From: Clostridia bacterium
GTDB lineage: Bacteria > Bacillota > Clostridia > Peptostreptococcales > Anaerovoracaceae
Direction of reading: 5' to 3'
Length of the DNA: 64,000 bases
Assembly (NCBI GenBank): GCA_024689085.1
Contig: JAILDT010000054.1
Location: forward strand, 619 to 64,618
The notes under the pieces were generated by a model. It saw only the letters and a program-made list of their open reading frames with translations. It was not told the DNA's origin and did no database searches. Below, piece by piece: positions 19,111-28,486 of this stretch. Each line of letters starts with the position of its first letter. The first letter of the stretch is position 1. Both the position numbers and the translations under genes were made by a program.

Positions 19111-21570
19111 TTATCTTGCCGGAAGATAATTCCTCGGATTCCTGAAAGACCCGTTGTCTTTGACACCAAAGTGGATGTGGCTTCCGTAACTGTGCCCCGT
19201 GTTCCCTGCCTCCGCAATGTGCTGTCCCTGGAACACCTTGTCTCCTCGATTCACGAGCAGGGCGCTGTTGTGAGCGTAATACGTCTGGATACCGTTCTCG
19301 TGGTCGATGATGACGAGTTTTCCGTAGCCTCCCTGCCAACCTGCATGGATGACTGTGCCGCCATCTGCTGCCAGCACGTCATTGCCGGTCCGGCATCCCA
19401 TATCAATGCCATCATGATGACGTCCCCAGCGCCACTTGAACTCTGAGGTTACCGTGAAGGTTCCGTCGTAAGCCGGCCAGATGAAGGTTCCCGTTCCTGT
19501 CGTTGGCGGTCTTTCCTTCGTTCCCACCAGAACCACCTTGTCGACCGGTTCCTTCTCCACTTCGCTCTTCAGGTTCTGTATATCTACAACTTCACCGTTG
19601 ATCGAGACAGTCTTGTCCACGAGGAGACTTTTGCCTTTCTTACCTTCGCGGGAAACTTCCGTGACTCCTTCGTACATCTCATCATCGGCTTTCTTAATGG
19701 TTTTATAAGCTGTCTTCTCTTCGTGAGACCTTGTTTCCGTGATTCTGACAGTCAGGAGCGGCGCGATTTCTTTGATGACAATCGTGCTGCCGACCTTGAG
19801 CTGTTCATCGGTCAGGTTGTTGTCGGCGATGATCTGTTCCTTGGTCGTGCTATGGTTCTCGGCAATGCTGTCGAGGGTTTCTCCGTTCTCCACTGTGTGA
19901 ACAGTCTCCTTCTCTGTTTCGGTGCAGAGTTTCTTCACCAGCGCTTCCTGCGAGAGGACATCGTTCATCGGCGTGTTGCTCTCTCTGAATTCCACGTTTT
20001 CGACAATCACAGCTTCATCGATCACCGTTCCTTCGTCATGATTTGCATACTTGTCCTGAATGTTCTGCAGCACGCCGGCGGCAGTATCCTTGTCTTTGAC
20101 CGCACCGGCTTTCCGCCCGTCGATGTACATGCCGACGGCTTTAACGTTGATATCACCCAGATAAGACAGTCTCTGCAGTACGCCGTCCTGGGAGTCGATC
20201 ACAACATCTTTGTTGCCTGTGAAGACCCGCTTGAAGCTGATATCATCCCTGGCGTCCAGCGCGACAGTCATATCTTTCTCTTCCGTCAAGGCATCCTGGA
20301 CCATCGCTGTGATCTGCAGTACGTCATCCTTGTTCTTGACGTAGCCCAGTTTCTTGTCACCATAGGAATACTCGTACGCCATGAAGTAGTTGACGATACC
20401 TGCTGCCCCCACAACGAATACGAGAATCAGTGAAAGGGCAATGAGCAGCGGCTTTTTCTGCCTGTCGCAGAAAGCGAATGCGCTCATCATTTTTTTATAT
20501 GGACGGCTGTTCTGTCTCCGTTTTTTTCTTATCTCGCTGAGGTGCGCTGCCGTCACTCTGGCTTCCGCTTTGATCCTCTCGTTTTCTTCGAGGAGCTTCT
20601 GTTTCTCCTCCTCCGTCTCCGCCGCGTTGATTTCAGCACGCTTGGCAAAGCCCAGGAACTCCTTCAAAGAGAAGGATGATACTGGCTTGATCTCCGTCTT
20701 TACGGTCGTGCCGTGGACGTTGACGATGCCGCCGCCCAGCTCTGCGGATTTACGTGCGAGTCTGCGCTGCCGTTTGATCTCAGCGCGCTCTTCCTTCTGC
20801 TTTCTGAGGTTCTCGCGCTGCTCCGCCTGCAGACGATCTATTTCTTTTCTGGTCTTCTGCTCTTCTTCCCTGAGCCGCTGGGCTTCTTCTCTTCTTCTGG
20901 CCGCAGCTTCCGCCCTGACCAGTCTCTCCTGTTCCCGCTCAAGTCTGGCTTCTTCTTTTCTCTGGGTCTCGGCTCTCTGCCGTTCCATGGCGGCTGCGAT
21001 TTTCTGCTGCCGTTCCTGCTCTCTCTTCTTCCTGAGCTGCGCCCATTTTTCCTCCTGGGCGTGCATGGTCCTGTTGAGCTCTGACTGTATCTCCGCCTTG
21101 TGCAGGTTCCGCTTCATCCGGGCGGCACGTTTCTCCGCTTCCAGCAGTGCCTTCCGCTTCTCGGCCGCCTCTGCCCGCTTCTGCTCCAGTCGCTCTTTGG
21201 CTTCCTTTTCTTTTCTGATTGCGTCCTCGATAATCGCCCGGCTTTCCTCGCGGGTGCGTGAAAGAATTTCGGAGACTTCCGGTTCCTTCTTCTCCGCTTC
21301 CTTCCGGACGACTTCTTCGGCCGCGCGCGCAGCCTCGTTGTCGATTGCCGTTGCATCAGAAGCAGCCCCTTCCCTTTCGGCCTGTTTCGCAGGCGTGGCA
21401 GGGGTTCCGTATACCTTCTGAGCCTGGGCCTTGAGCTGTTCAATCTGCTCCTTCAGTTTCTGCACGTCGTGATATGCTTTTTTGACGGCATCATCGTGAA
21501 TGGCCTGCTCGAGTTTTATTCTGTTTTCAGAAGTTCCTTTATCTTCTGTTGGGTGATTTCCCTGTGGCAT
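19111..21570 (-). CDS. M23 peptidase (LysM-G5-M23) with a long N-terminal coiled coil
   Basis: LysM HTVENGETLDSIA, G5 domain, HDGID...YAHN...SHIHF; one TM near aa 378-398; start is 21570 or GTG 21576. Confidence 0.88.
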   Translation of the reverse strand: MPQGNHPTEDKGTSENRIKLEQAIHDDAVKKAYHDVQKLKEQIEQLKAQAQKVYGTPATPAKQAEREGAASDATAIDNEAARAAEEVVRKEAEKKEPEVSEILSRTREESRAIIEDAIRKEKEAKERLEQKRAEAAEKRKALLEAEKRAARMKRNLHKAEIQSELNRTMHAQEEKWAQLRKKREQERQQKIAAAMERQRAETQRKEEARLEREQERLVRAEAAARRREEAQRLREEEQKTRKEIDRLQAEQRENLRKQKEERAEIKRQRRLARKSAELGGGIVNVHGTTVKTEIKPVSSFSLKEFLGFAKRAEINAAETEEEKQKLLEENERIKAEARVTAAHLSEIRKKRRQNSRPYKKMMSAFAFCDRQKKPLLIALSLILVFVVGAAGIVNYFMAYEYSYGDKKLGYVKNKDDVLQITAMVQDALTEEKDMTVALDARDDISFKRVFTGNKDVVIDSQDGVLQRLSYLGDINVKAVGMYIDGRKAGAVKDKDTAAGVLQNIQDKYANHDEGTVIDEAVIVENVEFRESNTPMNDVLSQEALVKKLCTETEKETVHTVENGETLDSIAENHSTTKEQIIADNNLTDEQLKVGSTIVIKEIAPLLTVRITETRSHEEKTAYKTIKKADDEMYEGVTEVSREGKKGKSLLVDKTVSINGEVVDIQNLKSEVEKEPVDKVVLVGTKERPPTTGTGTFIWPAYDGTFTVTSEFKWRWGRHHDGIDMGCRTGNDVLAADGGTVIHAGWQGGYGKLVIIDHENGIQTYYAHNSALLVNRGDKVFQGQHIAEAGNTGHSYGSHIHFGVKDNGSFRNPRNYLPAR

Positions 21571-22778
21571 GGGCACCTTTCTCCCGTTTCAAGCATTCCC
21601 GTGTCTTTGCATTTCGGACATTCGTACCTGACGTCCATGTAATCCAGTTCGAACCCGTTGTCTGTGAGCAGGAATGCCCGTTGGGCGCTAATGTCTTCTA
21701 TCTGTTCTCTAAGGTTCTCTATGGTTTCCTTTTTATCGATTCGATCCGAGACCACGATTCTCGAAAGCCCCGCTCCGAGACGGTTCTCTTCTTCGTCCAG
21801 CTGCCTGATCTGCGGCAGTTTGGCATAGACTTCCGCGCGGCGGACTTCCGCTTCTTTCTCCTCCTTCTCCCGAAGCAGTTCGTAGTATCTGGAGATGTCC
21901 GCGCTGCTCACGTCGTTCGCAGATTCCTTTCCTCCGCGGCCGTCAGCCGCCCAGCTCGCGAGAACTTTGTTGATATAATTGATGTTAGGATTCGAGATTC
22001 CGGTCGTCTTGCCGCAGGCCTCCAGAATGGTCTCCAGGCTGAAGCCCATCTCATCGAACCACTGGTCCATGATGCGCTTTTCTTCCTCGGTCCAGTTCCT
22101 CGTCCATCCCAGCGCTTTGAAGATGCGCCTGTAATCGGCAGATCTCTCCTCCATGCGGCCAATGTGCTCCTGGAGATCCTCGATGGTCCTGTGTCCCTCG
22201 CTGACCCAGTTTCTGATCACGGCCTCAATGTATTTGATCGTCTTCTTCTTTTTTCCCGCGCAATATTCCACTGCAAAGGCTACAAATTCCGGTTCGATGC
22301 CAAAGTCGTTGATCCAGGAGTCGACTTCTCCCATCTCGGTCCCGCTGATCACGCGGCCGAGAGCCTGTTCGATTCTGCTGAACATCTCCCGGTATTCTGT
22401 GTTCGCCATCCGGTTTCCCAGACCCTGTTCCGCGGCAGTCACCGCGCTGTCTTCATGGCTTCCGTAGAGCATGTTCTTGAGCATGATAAACTCAACGTCG
22501 TACTCAAGCGGATTATCCGGAGACCTTTTGATCTTCCGGATGATGCCCATCTTCTCCCAGTAAGTCCAGGCCTTCAGCACATCCTCAATGTCCAGAGACA
22601 ACTGCTTGGCGATGTCCTCGTTGCTGAATTCCACGCCAAGATCCGAATACATCTGCGCGAAGAGGTACACCTTGACATAGTCTCCTGGAGCGGACACCAT
22701 ATACTCATTTATGAACATATTCTCCACCTGCGTATCAAGCAGAAAATAGTCTTTTGTCTTTTCTCTGTAAAAACTCAT
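21516..22778 (-). CDS. dnaD: DnaD-domain protein fused to a helicase-loader-like Zn-binding module
   Basis: N.FI..YM..A.G.YVKVYL and YW...G N-terminus; two DnaB_2 repeats (YI..(V/I)..W); C-terminal DY....Y.CPKCKDTG....CPC. Confidence 0.85.
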   Translation of the reverse strand: MSFYREKTKDYFLLDTQVENMFINEYMVSAPGDYVKVYLFAQMYSDLGVEFSNEDIAKQLSLDIEDVLKAWTYWEKMGIIRKIKRSPDNPLEYDVEFIMLKNMLYGSHEDSAVTAAEQGLGNRMANTEYREMFSRIEQALGRVISGTEMGEVDSWINDFGIEPEFVAFAVEYCAGKKKKTIKYIEAVIRNWVSEGHRTIEDLQEHIGRMEERSADYRRIFKALGWTRNWTEEEKRIMDQWFDEMGFSLETILEACGKTTGISNPNINYINKVLASWAADGRGGKESANDVSSADISRYYELLREKEEKEAEVRRAEVYAKLPQIRQLDEEENRLGAGLSRIVVSDRIDKKETIENLREQIEDISAQRAFLLTDNGFELDYMDVRYECPKCKDTGMLETGERCPCHREITQQKIKELLKTE

Positions 22779-22781
22779 CTT

Positions 22782-24122
22782 TTAGAATTCGCTGAAGTTC
22801 CCGCTGCCGGCGCTGTCTACGAATTTGGTGATCTTGTCGAGCCACGCAACTTTGACAGTTCCTGTCGGGCCGCTCCTCTGCTTGGCGATGATGACCTCAC
22901 ACTCGCCCGGCGCATCTGTATTCTCGTTATAGTATTCATCCCTATAGAGGAAGAGTACGATGTCCGCGTCCTGCTCTATGGAACCGGAATCCCGCAGGTC
23001 CGAAAGCATCGGCCTGTGGTCGGTCCTCTGCTCCGGATTTCTCGAAAGCTGCGAGAGCACAATGACCGGACAGTTCAGTTCTCTGGCCAGCAGCTTCAGA
23101 TTTCTGGAGATCACGGAAATTTCCTGTGTCCTCGAATCGAGAGACCTTCCTTCCGGATTCATCAGCTGCAGGTAGTCGATGATAATCAGATCGAGCTTCT
23201 TCTCGGCTTTGAGCCTTCTGCACTTGCTCTTCATCTCCATGATGCTGATGCCGGCCGTGTCGTCGATGAAAATCTCTGCACCCGAGAGAACTTCCAGGGC
23301 GACGTTTACGTCATCCCAGTCGCGCCGCTCGAGTCTTCCGGTCTTCAGCTTCTGCATCTCCACCTTTGATTCCATGGCGAGCAGTCTCTGACCCAGCTGC
23401 TCCTTGGCCATCTCCATACTGAACACCATTACTGACGCGCCGCCTTTGATTGCCGCGTTGAGGGCCAGCGACAGCGCGAAAGCGGTCTTACCCATGGCCG
23501 GCCTGGCGGCCAGGATGATGAGGTCGGATCGCTGCAGGCCTGATGTCTTTGCATCGAGATCCTTGAATCCGGTGGTTACGCCGGTGAGTCCGTCCTTGAG
23601 TTTCGAAGCTTTGTCGATGGCGTCGATGTTGCTGAGGAGAACGTCCTTCAGCGGCACGTACACGCCCTTCTGCCGCGACTGGGAGATTTCGAAGATTCCG
23701 TTCTCCGCGTAGTCCAGCAGCTGGCCTGCGTCCATGCTCTTGTCGTAACCTTTGGTCACGATTTCGTCTGCCTTGTCGATGAGTCTTCTGATGGCTGCCT
23801 TCTCCGCAACGATCTTCGCGTACTCCGCCGCATTGGCAGTCGTTGGCGTCGTCGACGAAAGTCCTGCCACGTAGGCTCTTCCTCCGACCATCTCAAGAGA
23901 TCCGCGCTTGTCCAGTTCCTCGGAAACAGTCAGCGCGTCCACGGGCGCATTCTTCTTGCTCAGTTCATATATGACGCTGAAGATCTCCTTGTGATTCGGA
24001 TCATAAAAATCCTCAGCTCTGATTTCTTCCACGACGTCGAACAGCGCGTCCTTCGACAGAAGCGCCGCTCCCAGCACGGATCTCTCCGCGTCGGGATTGT
24101 GGGGAGGTATTCTCTCTTCCAT
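22782..24122 (-). CDS. dnaB: Replicative DNA helicase
   Basis: PPHN..AE.SVLG, AARPAMGKT, DYLQL, LSQLSR, SGSIEQDAD, KQRSGPTG. Confidence 0.98.
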   Translation of the reverse strand: MEERIPPHNPDAERSVLGAALLSKDALFDVVEEIRAEDFYDPNHKEIFSVIYELSKKNAPVDALTVSEELDKRGSLEMVGGRAYVAGLSSTTPTTANAAEYAKIVAEKAAIRRLIDKADEIVTKGYDKSMDAGQLLDYAENGIFEISQSRQKGVYVPLKDVLLSNIDAIDKASKLKDGLTGVTTGFKDLDAKTSGLQRSDLIILAARPAMGKTAFALSLALNAAIKGGASVMVFSMEMAKEQLGQRLLAMESKVEMQKLKTGRLERRDWDDVNVALEVLSGAEIFIDDTAGISIMEMKSKCRRLKAEKKLDLIIIDYLQLMNPEGRSLDSRTQEISVISRNLKLLARELNCPVIVLSQLSRNPEQRTDHRPMLSDLRDSGSIEQDADIVLFLYRDEYYNENTDAPGECEVIIAKQRSGPTGTVKVAWLDKITKFVDSAGSGNFSEF

Positions 24123-24568
24123 TACACTGTTACCTTCACTCTAATCTTCGCCGAAACGTCCTGATACAGTTTGACGATTACCTGGCTTGTTCCAGCCTGC
24201 TTGATCGGCCCTTCCGGCATTTCGATCTTCTTTTTATCTATCGTGATCCCTTCCTGATCCTGAAGGGCTTTTGCCACATCCATAGAGGTAACGGATCCGA
24301 AGAGCTTGCCGTTCTCTCCGCCCTTGGACGGGACGATCAGAACGATCTTCTCCAGTTCGTCCGCTCTCTCCTGGGCGGCAGCTTTTTCCTCCGCCCGTTT
24401 TTCTTCCGCCAGCGCCTTCTGCTTTTCCAGGTTTCTTACGTTCCCCTGCGTGGCTTCCTTGGCGAGTCCTTTCGGAATAAGCATGTTGCGTGCGTAGCCG
24501 TCGCTGACTTTCACCACGTCGCCTGCTTTTCCTGTTCCTTTCACGTCCTTCAATAGGATGACAACCAT
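24122..24568 (-). CDS. rplI: 50S ribosomal protein L9
   Basis: VIL..DVKG.GK.G..V.V..GYARN.L.P; KLFGSVT. Confidence 0.98.
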   Translation of the reverse strand: MVVILLKDVKGTGKAGDVVKVSDGYARNMLIPKGLAKEATQGNVRNLEKQKALAEEKRAEEKAAAQERADELEKIVLIVPSKGGENGKLFGSVTSMDVAKALQDQEGITIDKKKIEMPEGPIKQAGTSQVIVKLYQDVSAKIRVKVTV

Positions 24569-24611
24569 TTGTGACCTCCTGTTACTCTGATCAACACTTT
24601 ATTATATCCCA

Positions 24612-26399
24612 CTATTGTGTCGTTTCTGTGGTTTTGATGTATTCTTCTATCTGCGCCAGGATCTCTTCCGGCGGCAGATCTGTCTTCGTACCGGCAGTGT
24701 TCATGTGACCGCCGCCTCCAAAGTTCTCCATGATGGCCTGCACGTTCATATTCCCCAGGGATCTGGCGCTGACAACGGTCTTGCCTTCTGCGTCTCTTCC
24801 TGCAACAAAGCTGGCTACGGTGCCTTTGATTGTCAGCAGTTCGTCCGCCACTTGAGAGTTGACGATCTGCGTGTTGATCGACTGGCCTCTGCAGATGGAC
24901 ATGGCGATACCGCCTTCCAGGATCCTTGCATTCACGATACCATTAGCCCTGTTGATGAAGCTGTCCGGCGACTCCTGGAAATATCTTCTGACTCTGGAGA
25001 GATCCGCACCGGACCGCCTGAGCCATGACGCTGCTTCGAAGGTCCTGACGCCTGCTTTCACAGCGAACCGGTTCGTGTCGAGCATGATGCCCGCCATAAG
25101 CGCGTCGGCCTCGAATCTGGAAAGGGATTTCTTGTCCAGCCTGTACTGGAGCATCTCCGTGACAAGCTCCGATGCGGATGATGCGTAGGATTCCAGATAT
25201 GATAAGCTCGGATTCGCGAAGGCGTCTTCCGCCTTTCTGTGGTGATCGATGATGGCCAGACGTTCCACCTTGTCGATGAGCTCTGCTGATTCCACGAGCA
25301 TCCGTCTGTGGGTGTCTACAACAACGACAAGCGAATTATCCTCGACCATTTCCATGGCCCGTTCTGCGGTCACGAACTGATAGTCGTCCGTCTTTCTGGC
25401 ATCCGCCACCATATCGATCATGGTCTCATTGTACTCGCCGAGCAGTATGAAGGCGTCCTTGTTGACGGATTTGGCCAGCCGCGAGACGCCGATTGCCGCG
25501 CCGAAACTGTCCATATCCGGATTCTTGTGTCCCATGATGAAGATTCTCGAAGACTGCTCCATCAGCGTGGCAAGGGCGTGACCGATGATACGGGACTTTC
25601 CTTTGTTGCTCTTCTCCACGCTCTGGGTGCGTCCGCCGTAGTATTCGAAACTGCGGCCTTCCTTGATAACCGCCTGGTCTCCGCCGCGGCCGAGTGCCAT
25701 GTCCAGCGCTTCCTGGGCGTAGTCGTCCAATTTGACCAGGCTGTCTTTGCCGACACCCAGCCCAATACTCAAGGTAACCGGAAAGTCTGTCGGACTCTCG
25801 ATCTGTCTGGCGCTGTCGAGAATGGAGAACTTGTCCTCCACCAGCGCTTCGTAGTTCCTGTGGGTGATGGCCAGCTCATACATGTTCTCTCTGTACCGGA
25901 CAATCATGGCTTCCATGCCCGCTGCCCAGCTTCTGATGAGTTTGTCGATGTTCACTCTGACATTGCTGTCGCTGTCATCGCTCGAGCCGGAAATGATCTC
26001 GTCGAAGTTATCCACGTTGACGAGCATCATATAGACGCGGTCATCCTTGTAGCGCTCCTTGAGTTCTTCATAGGCGGTGATATCCGTGAAGTGCAGGATA
26101 ATCGATGCGTCCTCTCTCACTTCGTCGTCTTCTTCTCCTCCGCCGAGAAACGCGCAGCCGATGCGGAAGGTCTTATCGTTCCGCTGGATGTAGAGCGGCT
26201 CTTCGCTTTTGGCCGCTTCAACGAATTCAGGCATCTTGATACCCGTCAGCGCGAAGATGTCGTAATCGATGATCCCGTCGTATTTGAATACTTCTGTTAT
26301 TTTCTTACTGGCTCTTGTCACCTTGCCCTGGGCATTCACGATGCACATCGGCAGGGGTGAATAATAGGCCAGCAGCCTCTCGATTCGTCCTACGTACAT
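24612..26399 (-). CDS. gdpP: GdpP-like cyclic-di-AMP phosphodiesterase (PAS-GGDEF-DHH/DHHA1)
   Basis: RGGDQAV, GHKNPDMD, VDTH, IDHH, SARS, GGGGH; position upstream of rplI. Confidence 0.93.
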   Translation of the reverse strand: MYVGRIERLLAYYSPLPMCIVNAQGKVTRASKKITEVFKYDGIIDYDIFALTGIKMPEFVEAAKSEEPLYIQRNDKTFRIGCAFLGGGEEDDEVREDASIILHFTDITAYEELKERYKDDRVYMMLVNVDNFDEIISGSSDDSDSNVRVNIDKLIRSWAAGMEAMIVRYRENMYELAITHRNYEALVEDKFSILDSARQIESPTDFPVTLSIGLGVGKDSLVKLDDYAQEALDMALGRGGDQAVIKEGRSFEYYGGRTQSVEKSNKGKSRIIGHALATLMEQSSRIFIMGHKNPDMDSFGAAIGVSRLAKSVNKDAFILLGEYNETMIDMVADARKTDDYQFVTAERAMEMVEDNSLVVVVDTHRRMLVESAELIDKVERLAIIDHHRKAEDAFANPSLSYLESYASSASELVTEMLQYRLDKKSLSRFEADALMAGIMLDTNRFAVKAGVRTFEAASWLRRSGADLSRVRRYFQESPDSFINRANGIVNARILEGGIAMSICRGQSINTQIVNSQVADELLTIKGTVASFVAGRDAEGKTVVSARSLGNMNVQAIMENFGGGGHMNTAGTKTDLPPEEILAQIEEYIKTTETTQ

Positions 26400-26448
26400 T
26401 TACTTCTCCTAAAAAATGCGCACAATAAGGCATATTATCGTAACGTAT

Positions 26449-26477
26449 ATTATAACAAAAGCACGGACGCATTGCAA
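26449..26477 (-). promoter_or_regulatory. SigA promoter of the gdpP operon
   Basis: TTGCAA-17 bp-TATAAT with extended TG. Confidence 0.75.
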
Positions 26478-26524
26478 AACCTCCGGATTCTGAAAAATCC
26501 ATAAGAATTCTCCCGTCTCCGGGC

Positions 26525-26551
26525 AATAAAAAGGAGCGGTGTCCCGCTCCT
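26525..26551 (-). terminator. Terminator after rpsR
   Basis: aggagcgg-gaca-ccgctcct followed by TTTTATT. Confidence 0.85.
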
Positions 26552-26575
26552 CGTTTCTGCTTTTCCTGTCTGAGT

Positions 26576-26815
26576 TTAGTCAGCGATGTAAGGCATCAGG
26601 GCAACGACTCTTGCCTTCTTGATGGCCTTGGTGACTTCTCTCTGATGGATCGAACAAGTTCCCGTGATTCTTCTCGGAAGGATCTTACCTCTTTCGGTAA
26701 CGTACTTCTTCAGAGTATCCACGTCTTTATAATCAATCTTCTTGTCCTTATCGGCGCAGAACTGGCATACCTTTTTTCTTCTCATGCCGCCGCGTCTCTT
26801 GTTATCAAAAGCCAT
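26576..26815 (-). CDS. rpsR: 30S ribosomal protein S18
   Basis: [19 protein letters not shown]. Confidence 0.98.
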   Translation of the reverse strand: MAFDNKRRGGMRRKKVCQFCADKDKKIDYKDVDTLKKYVTERGKILPRRITGTCSIHQREVTKAIKKARVVALMPYIAD

Positions 26816-26848
26816 GATATTGCTCTCCTCTCTTTCAAGATTCCGTTT

Positions 26849-27322
26849 CTAGAACGGGATGTCATCATCCTGCAGGGATGTGAATCCGCCCGGTACATCA
26901 ATCTCCTCCTGCGGGGCGCTCTGTGCCGGTGCCTGCTGGCCGAAGCCTGCCGGCTGGCTGTCAAAAGCGGCCTGATGGCCGAAGCCGCCCTGGCTCTGTC
27001 CCTGACCCTGCTGCCCGCTGCTCAGGAATTCCACGTTGGACGCGATGACGTCCGTTGTATAGACGGTTCTGCCTTCTTTCTCGTAGCTGCCTGTCTGGAT
27101 TCTGCCGGTAATGGCGACCCTGCGGCCCTTCGCAAGATATCTGTCGCAGTTCTCTGCCTGCTTGCCGAAGACTACGATCGGAATGAAGCTCGTTCTCTGC
27201 TTGTCGCCGTAACCATCGTTGACTGCAATCGTAAATCTGCAGATTGCTGTCTGGTTGGCGCCGGTGGAATATCTGAGTTCCGGATCTCTGGTCAGGTTCC
27301 CAATCAGATTAACGTTGTTCAT
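26849..27322 (-). CDS. ssb: Single-stranded DNA-binding protein
   Basis: N.V.LIGNLTRDPELR; C-terminal DDDIPF. Confidence 0.98.
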   Translation of the reverse strand: MNNVNLIGNLTRDPELRYSTGANQTAICRFTIAVNDGYGDKQRTSFIPIVVFGKQAENCDRYLAKGRRVAITGRIQTGSYEKEGRTVYTTDVIASNVEFLSSGQQGQGQSQGGFGHQAAFDSQPAGFGQQAPAQSAPQEEIDVPGGFTSLQDDDIPF

Positions 27323-27337
27323 AATGTTCCCCCTTTA

Positions 27338-27625
27338 TTACTTCTCATCCTTATTGTCAATAAGGTGTCTCATGACGTTGTCTGAAATCTTGAGTCTTCT
27401 GTCGAGTTCCTTCGGCAGTGTCGGCTCAGCCTTGAATTCGATGACAACGTAGTATCCTTCAGACTTCTTCTTGATCGGATACGCGAGCTTTCTCATTCCC
27501 CATACGTCTACATTTCCGACTTCACCTTCAGAAGCGATGATCTCCTTAACTGCTTCGATCGTAGCTTCCTTCTTCTCGTCTTCCAGTGCAGGATCGATGA
27601 TGAACAATACCTCATAGTTAGTCAT
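27338..27625 (-). CDS. rpsF: 30S ribosomal protein S6
   Basis: YE..FII.P, WG.RKLAYPI; start MTNYEV with AAGGAGGTG SD. Confidence 0.98.
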   Translation of the reverse strand: MTNYEVLFIIDPALEDEKKEATIEAVKEIIASEGEVGNVDVWGMRKLAYPIKKKSEGYYVVIEFKAEPTLPKELDRRLKISDNVMRHLIDNKDEK

Positions 27626-27633
27626 ATTTTTCA

Positions 27634-27678
27634 CCTCCTTGTGGACTGAATGGCGATGCCTCTTGTGCATCGCAAGGA
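27634..27678 (-). promoter_or_regulatory. S6:S18-type ribosomal protein leader
   Basis: TCCTTG pairs with CAAGGA (sequestering the SD) and encloses the hairpin CGATGC/GCATCG plus a CCA-containing linker, the architecture of the known rpsF leader. Confidence 0.75.
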
Positions 27679-27705
27679 TCTGCACGCGAAATTGCGCGCT
27701 CGTAT

Positions 27706-27733
27706 ATTATACATGAAACTCCTGTGAAATCAA
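27706..27733 (-). promoter_or_regulatory. Promoter of rpsF-ssb-rpsR
   Basis: TTGATT-16 bp-TATAAT. Confidence 0.65.
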
Positions 27734-27760
27734 GAGTTTATTTCCACTTCTCAAAGGGCG

Positions 27761-28486
27761 TTATTTCAGCTTTTCCAGCTGGGCGTTGTGGCTCGCGCTG
27801 ATGACCTTGTAGAAGTAGGTGACCTTCTTCGCCACCTTCACGTTCCAGGCGCCGTCCGCTGCGTACGTCCGGTTGACGGCCGCGATGGTCTTGCCCTTGT
27901 AGTAGGCTCCGCCCGGGCTCAGATAGCTGTTGGCCAGGGCCCTGCCCACGGTCCGCAGGCACTCGTTGATGGACGAAAAGCCTTTGGCTCCATACCCGCA
28001 CACGTTGTTCTTTCGGAACTGCGCGGTTCCGTAGGCGCTCTCATGGGAGGCGATGGCCAGAAGAAACAGGCAGTTCAGGTTGTACTCCTGCTCCAGCTGA
28101 TAGAGCGTCTCCTCCGTGCCGACCAGTTTGTGTCGGGTCACCAGCTTCAGGTCGTCCACCGTAACGCCGCTTGGAACGCTCATGTCCATGGACTGGACCT
28201 GGGCGTAGCTGTAGGCCGGGATCTCCTCCTGCTCGATGACGTAATCGACCGTCCGCTTCCGCAGGGTATTCGCCAGGTCGATCTCCTGAGCTGACGCGTT
28301 CTTCTCCTCCGCGATGGCAATCGCCGCTTCCTTGGAATCGGACTCCAGCCGGTTCATGCCCAGCCACAGCGCCAGAAGCAAAAGCAGAACTGTCAGCAGG
28401 GTTCCGGCCGCGACGAGCAGCAGCGTCCTCCTGGTCCAGCCCGGTCCATTCACTTGTAAATCATTGTACTTCGCGGGCTCACTCAT
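27761..28486 (-). CDS. Membrane-anchored glucosaminidase (GH73-like)
   Basis: Single TM; LAIASHESAYG, KNN..GY and YA.D..W motifs; start MSEPAK overlaps the upstream stop. Confidence 0.75.
   Translation of the reverse strand: MSEPAKYNDLQVNGPGWTRRTLLLVAAGTLLTVLLLLLALWLGMNRLESDSKEAAIAIAEEKNASAQEIDLANTLRKRTVDYVIEQEEIPAYSYAQVQSMDMSVPSGVTVDDLKLVTRHKLVGTEETLYQLEQEYNLNCLFLLAIASHESAYGTAQFRKNNVCGYGAKGFSSINECLRTVGRALANSYLSPGGAYYKGKTIAAVNRTYAADGAWNVKVAKKVTYFYKVISASHNAQLEKLK

Noticed and set aside
21100-21516. Frameshifted loader ATPase downstream of dnaD
   Set aside because: No Walker A/B-like text in the listed ORFs; the region is low-complexity coiled coil in frame with the M23 gene
21549-23369. 606-aa plus-strand ORF
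   Set aside because: Antisense shadow of dnaD/dnaB caused by codon bias; no motifs or SD. The same applies to 102-1196, 16323-17534, 25308-26360 and the other long antisense ORFs
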